Source of the DNA: Bacteroidales bacterium
Lineage (GTDB): Bacteria > Bacteroidota > Bacteroidia > Bacteroidales > GWA2-32-17
Reading direction: 5' to 3'
DNA: 64,000 nt
Assembly (NCBI GenBank): GCA_026416095.1
Contig: JAOAFV010000004.1
Span: 16,127-80,126, forward strand
Both the position numbers and the translations under genes were made by a program. A model generated the notes under the pieces. The model did no database searches. It saw nothing but the letters and a program-made list of their open reading frames with translations, and was not told where the DNA came from. Positions within the stretch are counted from its first letter, which is position 1; each line of letters starts with the position of its first letter. This document shows positions 55,671 through 64,000 of the stretch, in pieces.

Positions 55671-56888
55671 ATGGATGAAATCTTAAAATTAAGAAACGAT
55701 TTTCCTATACTTAAACAAACAATATATAAAAGAAACATAGTATACTTTGACAATGCAGCTACAACTCAAAAGCCTTATTCTGTTATAAATGTCATGAAAG
55801 AATATTACGAAAAATATAATAGTAACATACATAGAGGAGTTCACTTTTTAAGCGATAAGATGACAGAAGCATATGAAAATACGAGAATTATAATAAAAAA
55901 GTTTATAAATGCTAAACATTCTCATGAAGTTATTTTTACATCTGGCACCACAGAATCAATAAATCTTGTAGCATATTGTTTCGCCGAAAAGTATATAAAA
56001 GAAAATGATGAAATAATACTTACAATAATGGAACATCATAGTAACATAGTTCCATGGCAACTAGTAGCTCAACGAAAAAATGCAAAAATTAAAGTAATAC
56101 CTATCGATTATTCTGGTAATCTTTTAATAAATGAACTAAATAATTTAATAACAGAAAAAACCAAAATTATTGCCTTAACTCATATATCAAATGTTATTGG
56201 CACAATAAATGATATAAAAAAAGTAATAGAAATTGCACATTCAAACAACATTCCGGTATTAATAGATGGAGCTCAAAGCATTCAGCACACAAAAATAGAT
56301 GTACAAGAACTCGACTGCGACTTTTTTGTTTTTTCAGGTCACAAAATTTATGGCCCTACAGGAACTGGGGTTTTATACGGAAAAGAAAAATGGTTAGACG
56401 ATTTTCCTCCCTATAAAGGTGGCGGCGATATGATTAAATCTGTTACATTTGAAAATACCATTTTCAATTCGTTACCTTTAAAATTTGAAGCTGGTACAAC
56501 TAATTTCAATGGCATTGTTGCACTTGGAACAGCTATCAACTATTTAAATAAGAACAACTTTAACAATATAATTAATTATGAAGAAAAACTTACAAATTAT
56601 TTATTAATGAAAATAATGGAATTAGATTTTGTAAAAATTATAGGGCTTCCTGAAAAAAGATCTTCTATTGTTTCGTTTACTCTCAATAATATCCATCATT
56701 ACGATGCAGGTATGCTGCTCGATAAAATGGACATTGCTGTTAGAACCGGTCATCACTGTGCACAACCTTTAATAAAATCATTTGGTATCGATGGTACCAT
56801 AAGAGTATCATTAGCTTTTTATAATACATTCGAAGAAATTGATTATCTTTGCGAATGTCTTAAAAAAGTTAAAGAGTACTTTAACTAA
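55671..56888 (+). CDS. sufS: SufS-type cysteine desulfurase
   Basis: YFDNAATTQKP, NIHRGVH, EHHSNIVPW, FSGHK, RTGHHCAQP. Confidence 0.95.
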   Translation: MDEILKLRNDFPILKQTIYKRNIVYFDNAATTQKPYSVINVMKEYYEKYNSNIHRGVHFLSDKMTEAYENTRIIIKKFINAKHSHEVIFTSGTTESINLVAYCFAEKYIKENDEIILTIMEHHSNIVPWQLVAQRKNAKIKVIPIDYSGNLLINELNNLITEKTKIIALTHISNVIGTINDIKKVIEIAHSNNIPVLIDGAQSIQHTKIDVQELDCDFFVFSGHKIYGPTGTGVLYGKEKWLDDFPPYKGGGDMIKSVTFENTIFNSLPLKFEAGTTNFNGIVALGTAINYLNKNNFNNIINYEEKLTNYLLMKIMELDFVKIIGLPEKRSSIVSFTLNNIHHYDAGMLLDKMDIAVRTGHHCAQPLIKSFGIDGTIRVSLAFYNTFEEIDYLCECLKKVKEYFN

Positions 56889-56896
56889 AAATACTT

Positions 56897-57322
56897 ATGA
56901 ACATTAATGAGATACAAAATCAAATTATAGAAGAATTTTCAACTTTTAACGATTGGTTAGATAAATATAACTATATTATTGAATTAGGCAAAAATATGCC
57001 ACCCCTAAGCGAAGAATATAAAACCGATAATAATATAATAGAAGGTTGTCAATCAAAAGTCTGGCTACACGCAGAATACAAAGATAATAAAGTTTTCTAC
57101 TACGCCGATAGCGACGCAATTATTACAAAGGGGTTAATATCACTTTTAATTCGAGTTTACTCAGGCCAAACTCCCGACGATATTATAAACACTCAACCTT
57201 GGTTCATAGAAAAAATCGGATTGCATGAGAATCTCTCACCTACACGATCAAATGGCTTGCTTGCTATGATAAAAAAAATAAAACTATATGCTCTTGCTTT
57301 TAAAGAAAAAAACAAACAATGA
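56897..57322 (+). CDS. sufE: Sulfur acceptor SufE
   Basis: GCQSKVW, DSDAIITKGL, LSPTRSNGL. Confidence 0.93.
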   Translation: MNINEIQNQIIEEFSTFNDWLDKYNYIIELGKNMPPLSEEYKTDNNIIEGCQSKVWLHAEYKDNKVFYYADSDAIITKGLISLLIRVYSGQTPDDIINTQPWFIEKIGLHENLSPTRSNGLLAMIKKIKLYALAFKEKNKQ

Positions 57323-57633
57323 AAGATAAAAACCAACTTGCTATAGAAATAATTAATGTACTTAAAACAATATACGATCCTGAAATACCAGTTAACATCT
57401 ATGACCTTGGAATTATTTATGATATTAGTATCGATGATTCACTCAATGTCACCATAACAATGACACTCACTTCACCTTCTTGCCCCATGGCAGATAACAT
57501 GCTTAAAGAAATAAATGAAAAAATAAAAGCAATTCAAGGTGTAAATAACGTACAAATAAATATAGTATTTGAACCTCAATGGAATAAAGATATGATAAGT
57601 GATGAAGCAAAATTACAACTCGGATTATTGTAA
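57319..57633 (+). CDS. SufT/DUF59 Fe-S cluster assembly factor
   Basis: YDPEIPVNIYDLGIIY, TMTLTSPSCP, FEPQW. Confidence 0.9.
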   Translation: MKDKNQLAIEIINVLKTIYDPEIPVNIYDLGIIYDISIDDSLNVTITMTLTSPSCPMADNMLKEINEKIKAIQGVNNVQINIVFEPQWNKDMISDEAKLQLGLL

Positions 57634-59614
57634 AAAAATCATAATATTTATTACTCTAATATACGTCGCAATTAATAACATTTCAGCAAATAATTTCTAC
57701 AAAGAAGTATGTATCGATACTAATAAAACAACATACATTTTAGATACACTATATACAATTAACAAAATTAATTCTATTACTTTCAAGATAAAAAATCTTA
57801 ATAAAATTAAAAAAATCGACTTTTTTTCAAATAGTTTAAATTACAAGTTTATTACAAATAAAATAAACGATACAATCAACATTAAATATACCTACGAATT
57901 AAGTTCAAAACATCATATCGCTGTTGTTAAATTAATAACAATAAACAACACTTATACAATTATACAAACAATAAATTATAAAGACACAAAAGGTATTATT
58001 TTTACAATATTCACACTTGTAGGTGGGTTATTTTTATTTCTTTTTGGCATAAAATTAATAAGCGATACCTTTATAGATTATTTCAGGAATCGAGTTTCAA
58101 AGATTGTACAACAAACATCAACAAATTCACTTTATTCATTTAATTATGGAGCGTTATTAACAACATTATTTCAAAGCAGTTCGGCAGTAAGCATTTTTCT
58201 TTCAAATCTTGTGAACCATAAAATCATAAAAATAGAAAAAAGTTTACCTTTAATAGCAGGGGCTGCGTTGGGCACAACCATCACTCTTCAGATTATTGCT
58301 TTGCGGCTTAACAATTTAGCTTTTCCATTGCTATCGTGTGGTTTATTTTTTGTATTATTTTTTAAAAAAAGCAAAATAAAACAAATCGGTTTAATATTAA
58401 CAGGTTTTGGGCTCTTGTACTCTGGTTTATTATTTATGAGCTCATCATCTGATCTTTTGAATTTCTTTCCTAATGTAATTAAAACATTATGTTCTTTCGA
58501 TAATATCGTCTTAGCTATACTTGTGGGTTTAATTATTACAGCCATTATTCAAAGTCCTACAGCTTTTATAGGATTACTCATAATAATAGGTTCTAAAAAC
58601 ATATTACCTCTTCAAACTGCTATAGCTCTACTCATTGGCTCTAACATAGGAAGTTCCTTGCCTGTAATCATCTCGTCTGTTAAAATGAATAATGAAGCAA
58701 AAAAAGTAGCATTATTTCACACAGTTTATAGAATATTAGGTGCCTTAATTTTCGTATTTTGGTTAGAACACTTCTCAGAACTTGTAAAATTAACTTCAAA
58801 CTATATTGCTAATAATGAAGTTAATCAATCGCATCTGATTGCAAATGCTCATACATTTATGTATGTTATTATTTCCATTATATTCTTTCCTTTCTTAAAT
58901 GTAATCTACAAAACTACCGAAAGGTTTACGCCTATCCATGAAAATAATGAATATGAACTAAAAAATAAATATATAAATGAAAATGCCTTATACTCTTCAG
59001 AAGTCGCAATTTTACTTGCTAAAAAAGAAACTATTTACATGGCTAAAGTGGTAAAAGAAATGATAGAAACTATTCTTCCAGCTTTTATTAAAAAAGATAG
59101 AAGTTTACTACTTAAAATAGAACTCCAAGAAAAATTAGTGAATTACTTAAGAGACTCGATTACCGAATATATTATTAAAATTAACAAACTCGAAACTCTA
59201 AAAGAAAATGAAGAAACATATAAATTGCTACTAATAGTAAAAGAACTCGAACAAATAGCCGATATAATATCTACAAACCTTTTACCTAAAGCACGTTATT
59301 GGACCAATACAAACTATGAATTTAGCGAACAAGGAAAAAACGAAATAACTCAATATCATCGTGAATGTCTTTCTTTTTATTGTAGTGTAATAAACGTAAT
59401 TGAAAATAAAAATAAAAAAGAAATAAACAGACTATTGCTTGAATCAAAAAAAATTAAATCAGAAGCTATAGAATTCGAAAAGAGTCATTTTACAAGAATT
59501 CTCGACAATGTAAACGAATCAATTTTAACAAGTAAAACTCACCTTGAAATTATTGGGTTATTGCAAGCAACTGCTCGACATGCTAAAAGTATTTTAAGAA
59601 TACTACAACTTTAA
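57602..59614 (+). CDS. Na+/Pi cotransporter (NptA/YjbB family) with N-terminal extracytoplasmic extension and PhoU-like C-terminus
   Basis: GGLFLFLFGI, two re-entrant repeats QSSSAV...GAALGTT and QSPTA...GSNIGS, IANAHT, ELEQIAD; start uncertain (overlaps sufT). Confidence 0.85.
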   Translation: MKQNYNSDYCKKIIIFITLIYVAINNISANNFYKEVCIDTNKTTYILDTLYTINKINSITFKIKNLNKIKKIDFFSNSLNYKFITNKINDTINIKYTYELSSKHHIAVVKLITINNTYTIIQTINYKDTKGIIFTIFTLVGGLFLFLFGIKLISDTFIDYFRNRVSKIVQQTSTNSLYSFNYGALLTTLFQSSSAVSIFLSNLVNHKIIKIEKSLPLIAGAALGTTITLQIIALRLNNLAFPLLSCGLFFVLFFKKSKIKQIGLILTGFGLLYSGLLFMSSSSDLLNFFPNVIKTLCSFDNIVLAILVGLIITAIIQSPTAFIGLLIIIGSKNILPLQTAIALLIGSNIGSSLPVIISSVKMNNEAKKVALFHTVYRILGALIFVFWLEHFSELVKLTSNYIANNEVNQSHLIANAHTFMYVIISIIFFPFLNVIYKTTERFTPIHENNEYELKNKYINENALYSSEVAILLAKKETIYMAKVVKEMIETILPAFIKKDRSLLLKIELQEKLVNYLRDSITEYIIKINKLETLKENEETYKLLLIVKELEQIADIISTNLLPKARYWTNTNYEFSEQGKNEITQYHRECLSFYCSVINVIENKNKKEINRLLLESKKIKSEAIEFEKSHFTRILDNVNESILTSKTHLEIIGLLQATARHAKSILRILQL

Positions 59615-59986
59615 AATTTGCAAAGCATTATAAAAATTTAACTTAGAAAGGTTTTATCAGTACTTATTAGTTAGCATTACTTATTTTACCTTAAATAGAA
59701 AACATAAAATAAATAACTCTTCAAAGGTCAAATTAAAATAACCACTTAAATGTTGACATTAAAATACATTTTAAATGTTATTTTAATCTTTAAAGTATCT
59801 TATCTTATTTTCTAACTTACTTTATAGGAAATAAAATATAAAAGTATATAAACAAAAAGTTTTTTAATAACACAAAGCCAAAAAATCTTATAACTTGTAC
59901 CAATTAATAAATAAACATTAATAAAATCATAAAAGTTAACGAAATATTATCTGACATGAAAAACAAAATGTTAGGTATTAATATTT

Positions 59987-60916
59987 TTACTTTACCAAAC
60001 AATAACTATCTATGAACCCAATGGTAGTGTAAAGTTCTTCTTCAAAAGTCAACATTGGTTGTGAAATTATCTTATTAATTCTTTGATCATGTTTTACTAA
60101 TAATTCGCACATTTTTAAATGCTGATTAAGATAATAAATTTCTAATGTTGGTTCAATTTTTTTTAAAGTTTCGGCAATTTGATTAATAGACATCACTTTA
60201 TCTACAACATTGTAAACGCCCGAATTTACATTATCCTGTAAAATATTTATTAATAAGTTTATCAAATAATCAATATATATGAAAGTTCTTTTTTGGTTTC
60301 CATCGCCATAAATATTAATTTTCTTTTGAAAAAGAGTTTCTATCAAAAACTTATTTATTACAGCATCAAATCGCATACAGGAGCCATACCCGTAAACATT
60401 AGCACATCTTAAAATAATAGTATTAATTTTGCTTGATAATCGCCGAATATGATGTTCGCCTCTTAATTTAGTTACACCATAAAACGATTGAGGATTAGGA
60501 ATAGAATTTTCATCAAAATAATCTGATGATGACCCATATACTGAAATGCTACTTAAATAAATAATCTTTTGTATATTACATTCTTCTGCAGCATAAGCTA
60601 CTTCAGCAGTACCCCAAGTATTTACTTCTTCGTAAATAGCAGAAGATTCATAAGAAAATGGTGTAGAAACAACTGCTGCTAAATGAAAAACAACATCAAC
60701 TTCTTTAATGTTTTTCTTTAATTTTCTACTATCTAAAATATCTCCCTTTACAAATGTTACCTTATTTCTATTTATACCTGCATGAATAAAAAAATTGTAA
60801 TTATTGCGCAATAAATTATCATAAACTATTATTTTACTTACACTCTCAAGGCATTGCAATCTTTTAACAAGCTCTGCACCAATGTATCCTGCTCCGCCTG
60901 TTATTAAAACTTTCAT
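59987..60916 (-). CDS. NAD-dependent NDP-sugar epimerase/dehydratase (extended SDR)
   Basis: TGGAGYIG, VFHLAA, SSISVYG, YGVTK, RCANVYG, GDGNQKRTFI. Confidence 0.9.
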   Translation of the reverse strand: MKVLITGGAGYIGAELVKRLQCLESVSKIIVYDNLLRNNYNFFIHAGINRNKVTFVKGDILDSRKLKKNIKEVDVVFHLAAVVSTPFSYESSAIYEEVNTWGTAEVAYAAEECNIQKIIYLSSISVYGSSSDYFDENSIPNPQSFYGVTKLRGEHHIRRLSSKINTIILRCANVYGYGSCMRFDAVINKFLIETLFQKKINIYGDGNQKRTFIYIDYLINLLINILQDNVNSGVYNVVDKVMSINQIAETLKKIEPTLEIYYLNQHLKMCELLVKHDQRINKIISQPMLTFEEELYTTIGFIDSYCLVK

Positions 60917-60920
60917 ATGT

Positions 60921-61574
60921 TTATTTTATGATTAAATTTGTATGTAAACCACATTCTTTTTTATTAAGCCCTTTCCATCTACCACTTCGCAAAAGGCCAT
61001 TAATGGCTGGTTGAGTACAAGGTTCACATCCTATACTTAAATAACCTTTTTCTTCAAGTGGATGAACTGGTAAATTATGTTTTCGAATATATTCGTATAC
61101 CATTTTGTCGCTCCAATCTAGTAGCGGATGAAATCGAATAACATTATAGGGGGCAATTTCCTCGTAATTCATTACACTTCTTTCTTCTGTTTGCTGCCTC
61201 CTAATACCATTAATCCATACGTCATAACTCATTAACACAGCCTCTAATGGCTTAACTTTATTTAAAAAACAACAATATTCCGCATCGCTTGTGTAAAATA
61301 AACGACCTTCACTATCTCTTTGTAACGATTTTGGTATTATGGGCTTTATATCAATCACATTTAACTTAAACTTTTCTTTTATTAAATCTTTATATTCAAG
61401 CGTCTCAGGAAAATGATAACCTGTATCTATGAAAAAAATTGGTATAGTATTATCTATAATACTTATAATGTGTAATAATACAATACTTTGAGTTTGAAAC
61501 GATGAGGTAGCAAATATTTTCAACTGCTGGTGTTTATAAATTTCTATTTTTGTTTTTATGTCCTCAATTGTCAT
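60921..61574 (-). CDS. cysH: Adenylyl-sulfate (APS) reductase, Fe-S-containing CysH type
   Basis: TSSFQ, DTGYHFPET, CCFLNKVKPL, GIRRQQ, SIGCEPCT, RSGRW...KECGLH; the CC + CxxC motif marks the [4Fe-4S] APS-reductase subclass. Confidence 0.92.
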   Translation of the reverse strand: MTIEDIKTKIEIYKHQQLKIFATSSFQTQSIVLLHIISIIDNTIPIFFIDTGYHFPETLEYKDLIKEKFKLNVIDIKPIIPKSLQRDSEGRLFYTSDAEYCCFLNKVKPLEAVLMSYDVWINGIRRQQTEERSVMNYEEIAPYNVIRFHPLLDWSDKMVYEYIRKHNLPVHPLEEKGYLSIGCEPCTQPAINGLLRSGRWKGLNKKECGLHTNLIIK

Positions 61575-61592
61575 ATTTTTTTTGCAAATATA

Positions 61593-61607
61593 CTACTTTT
61601 TCTATAT
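61593..61607 (-). promoter_or_regulatory. Candidate Rrf2 operator ATATAG-N5-GTAG abutting the cysH -7 box
   Basis: Minus strand ATATAGAAAAAGTAG directly followed by TATATTTG (61585-61592); the same pattern occurs at 62300-62314. Confidence 0.35.
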
Positions 61608-61699
61608 TAAAAATATGATATATATGTTTTTTAATTGATTTTTAAGTTTGTTTTTTTTTAATTTACAATATATCTTTGATAAAACTAATTTTTATTTAT

Positions 61700-62125
61700 A
61701 TGAAAATAAACACTAAAATACGATATGGGCTAAGAACCTTAATAAACTTAGCATTAAGCGACAAGCCATTATTATTAAAAGACATTGCTGAAAATAATAA
61801 CATTTCTGTAAAATTTTTAGAACATATAATACACGACTTAAAAGTAAAAAAATTGATAATTAATTATAAAGGCAAAAAAAGTGGCTACGTACTAGCAAAG
61901 CCTGCTAATAAAATTACAATTTATGAAGTCTTCAATGCTTTTGACGATAATGTATTTTTAGATTGTTTGACTAATAAGAATGTTTGTGATCGCTACAATT
62001 CATGTATTGCCAGAATTTTTTGGAAAGATTTTCAAAATCATATTAACGAATTCTTAAAAAACAAAACTCTACACGATATACTAAACAATACAAATAAAAA
62101 CAAGCTGAAAAAAAACAAAAAATAA
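61700..62125 (+). CDS. Rrf2-family transcriptional regulator (IscR/CymR-like, three Cys)
   Basis: MKINTKIRYGLR, KFLEHI, GKKSGYVLAKP...ITIYEV, CLTNKNVCDRYNSC; -7 box TATCTTTG at 61671-61678. Confidence 0.92.
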   Translation: MKINTKIRYGLRTLINLALSDKPLLLKDIAENNNISVKFLEHIIHDLKVKKLIINYKGKKSGYVLAKPANKITIYEVFNAFDDNVFLDCLTNKNVCDRYNSCIARIFWKDFQNHINEFLKNKTLHDILNNTNKNKLKKNKK

Positions 62126-62299
62126 AATAAGACTATACTTGTAATTTTTCCTTTTTAAAAAAATAAAAATCATAAAATAATAATTTATTTTACTAACTAA
62201 TAGTTTCTGAATTAATTTTACCTCCTAACTTTTACTAATAAGTTGCGAGAAAAAAACGTTAAATATTAACATAATTGTTTTATATTAATTCTATTTTAT

Positions 62300-62314
62300 A
62301 TATAGGATTTGTAG
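62300..62314 (+). promoter_or_regulatory. Candidate Rrf2 operator upstream of tauE-thiS-thiG
   Basis: ATATAGGATTTGTAG, overlapped by the palindrome CTAT-N7-ATAG (62291-62305); -7 box TAATTTTG at 62332-62339. Confidence 0.35.
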
Positions 62315-62349
62315 ATTTAAAACAAAATATTTAATTTTGCAAAAAAATT

Positions 62350-63216
62350 ATGATTAAACATATCACTGTAAATAAAAAAATACTAGCATATATTTTCTTT
62401 ACAGTTTTAGTAAGTATAATGATAATTTTTTTAATCGCATATGATTCATTTTACGAAAATATAAAATCAAATGAGATATTAAAATTAGATACAACTTTAT
62501 ATTTTTTAATTGGTTTTATAGCTCAAATAATTGATGGTACAATAGGTATGGGTTATGGAGTTATAAGCTCTACAATTTTATTAAGCAACGGAATGCAACC
62601 TTCTATATCTAGTGCAAGCGTACATTTTACAAAAATTTTTACTAATGGAATATCTGGTTTGTCACACCTTACATTTAGAAATATAGATAAAAATATCTTT
62701 ATTAAAATTGTTATACCAGGAATTATTGGAGCTTTAACCGGTTCATTTATTTTAATACTAATAAAACCCTCAATAATCAGGCCATTTATTTTTATTTACT
62801 TAATTTTGATGGCAATTCGTATAATCTATATATCATATCGCAAAACCGATAAAAAAAACACATTTAATAAATATAAAATAACCGGATTCATTGGAGGGTT
62901 AGCCGATGCAATTGGTGGTGGCGGGTGGGGACCTATTGTTACTTCTACTCTCATAGCAAACAATACTAACCCACATAAAACAATTGGTAGTGTTAATGCA
63001 TCGGAATTCTTTATTGCTTTTACCACTGCTTTTACACTTATAAATAGTATAAAATTTATACCAACTAACATTGTTATTGGTTTACTTTTAGGAGGGGTAT
63101 TGGCTGCCCCCATTTCTGCTTACTTATGCAAAAAAATAAACTCGAAATTTTTAATGTTAATCATTTCAATATTTATAATAACTACTTGTACAATATCGCT
63201 CTTAAATTCTATATAA
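62350..63216 (+). CDS. TauE/SafE-family sulfite/sulfur-compound transporter
   Basis: AQIIDGTIGMGYG, SASVH, DAIGGGGWGP, GSVNASEF, GGVLAAP. Confidence 0.9.
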   Translation: MIKHITVNKKILAYIFFTVLVSIMIIFLIAYDSFYENIKSNEILKLDTTLYFLIGFIAQIIDGTIGMGYGVISSTILLSNGMQPSISSASVHFTKIFTNGISGLSHLTFRNIDKNIFIKIVIPGIIGALTGSFILILIKPSIIRPFIFIYLILMAIRIIYISYRKTDKKNTFNKYKITGFIGGLADAIGGGGWGPIVTSTLIANNTNPHKTIGSVNASEFFIAFTTAFTLINSIKFIPTNIVIGLLLGGVLAAPISAYLCKKINSKFLMLIISIFIITTCTISLLNSI

Positions 63217-63218
63217 TT

Positions 63219-63410
63219 ATGGTAGTCATTAATGGTGAAAAATACGAAAATCCTAAAAATATTGAAAACCTTTGTAAGCAGTTTAATTTAAATGTACAGG
63301 CAATTGTTATATATATTAATGGTAAACTCATAACAAAAAATAAATGGAATAAAATTAAAATTAAAGACAACGACATTATAGAAATTCTTACATTTGTTGG
63401 CGGAGGATAA
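63219..63410 (+). CDS. thiS: Sulfur carrier protein ThiS
   Basis: ATG at 63219: MVVINGE...INGKLI...DIIEILTFVGGG, 63 aa with a C-terminal Gly-Gly. Confidence 0.9.
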   Translation: MVVINGEKYENPKNIENLCKQFNLNVQAIVIYINGKLITKNKWNKIKIKDNDIIEILTFVGGG

Positions 63411-63414
63411 AATT

Positions 63415-64000
63415 ATGAACGATAATTTAATTATTGCAAATAAAGAGCTCAAATCACGGCTTTTTATAGGTACTGGTAAATTGCCAACCTATTCACTTTT
63501 ACCCAAAATTTTTAGTGAAGTAGAAATAGAGGTTATAACTGTTGCTATACGAAGATTAGATTTAAAATCAAAAGTTGAGAATATTTTAGATTATATACCC
63601 CCAAATATTACTGTAATGATTAACACATCTGGTGCAAGAAATGCTAAAGAGTGTATAAAGTTAGCTGAAGCAGGATCAGCAATAATTAATTCAAAATGGA
63701 TTAAGGTAGAAATAGAAGTAGATATGCGCTATTTATTACCAGATAATGAAGAAACTATTAAAGCTACTAAAGAATTAGTAAAAAAAGGCTATTATGTTTT
63801 TCCTTATATTTCACCAGATTTAATAACAGCAAGAAAATTACAAGATTGCGGAGCATCGGCAGTTATGCCTTTAGGTTCTTTTATTGGTACTAATAAAGGA
63901 ATTATAGCTAAAGAACTAATTACCTCTATTATTGAAAATATTGAAATACCCGTAATCATTGATGCTGGTATAGGAAGACCTTCTCATGCATCTATGGCAA
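63415..64000 (+). CDS. thiG: Thiazole synthase ThiG (truncated by window end)
   Basis: Not in ORF track. Manual translation: MNDNLIIANKELKSRLFIGTGK...TVAIRR...NTSGARNAKE...WIKVEI...YLLPD...AVMPLGSFIGTNKG...IDAGIGRPSHA. Confidence 0.93.
   Translation, partial: MNDNLIIANKELKSRLFIGTGKLPTYSLLPKIFSEVEIEVITVAIRRLDLKSKVENILDYIPPNITVMINTSGARNAKECIKLAEAGSAIINSKWIKVEIEVDMRYLLPDNEETIKATKELVKKGYYVFPYISPDLITARKLQDCGASAVMPLGSFIGTNKGIIAKELITSIIENIEIPVIIDAGIGRPSHASMA

Noticed and set aside
59615..59986. AT-only inverted repeat (~59761-59784) as terminator or sRNA between the convergent Na/Pi transporter and epimerase genes
   Set aside because: The stem is nearly all A-T and expected by chance at this base composition.
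63415..64000. Calling the ThiG a BexX-type thiosugar synthase, or the epimerase SqdB
   Set aside because: The visible ThiG has canonical thiazole-synthase motifs and the epimerase lacks SqdB length; both are kept only as hypotheses in findings.

Overview
A gene-dense, very AT-rich chromosomal segment from a Bacteroidota (Bacteroidales-like, probably anaerobic and peptide/amino-acid fermenting) bacterium using standard code 11. The lineage call rests on TAnnTTTG -7 promoter boxes before many genes, A-rich leaders without Shine-Dalgarno sites, a T9SS C-terminal-domain protein, an S46 dipeptidyl peptidase, PafA and DUF4293/DUF4294. Content is mostly housekeeping: guaB, recQ, groES-groEL, kdsC-ubiA-maf-dpp-trmD, iorAB, a second RpoD-like sigma factor, arginine decarboxylase, SOD, rsgA, hutU, apbE, sucC, initiator tRNA-Met, ugd-uxs-rmlACD-pgm-purH-mreBCD-mrdA-rodA...fmt, dnaJ-grpE-obgE-adk-hpt, sufS-sufE-sufT, and a sulfur/thiamine cluster (epimerase-cysH <> Rrf2-TauE-thiS-thiG) running off the right edge. 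I saw no prophage, CRISPR array, rRNA or intact IS. The most interesting signals are regulatory or contextual. (1) A shared non-CIRCE TGACA-N3-TG(A/T)CA box plus a sigma54-like -24/-12 site lies upstream of both chaperone operons. (2) An RpoD paralog is preceded by well-formed sigma54-type and ECF-type promoters. (3) An Fe-S Rrf2 regulator sits in a cluster joining an APS reductase plus NDP-sugar epimerase with TauE-ThiS-ThiG, with a candidate operator and no visible TPP riboswitch. (4) An output-less multi-PAS membrane protein is coupled to a radical SAM/SPASM gene. (5) There is a ~110-bp IS5-like MITE remnant. All product calls come from motif and family recognition by eye; no database searches were run.
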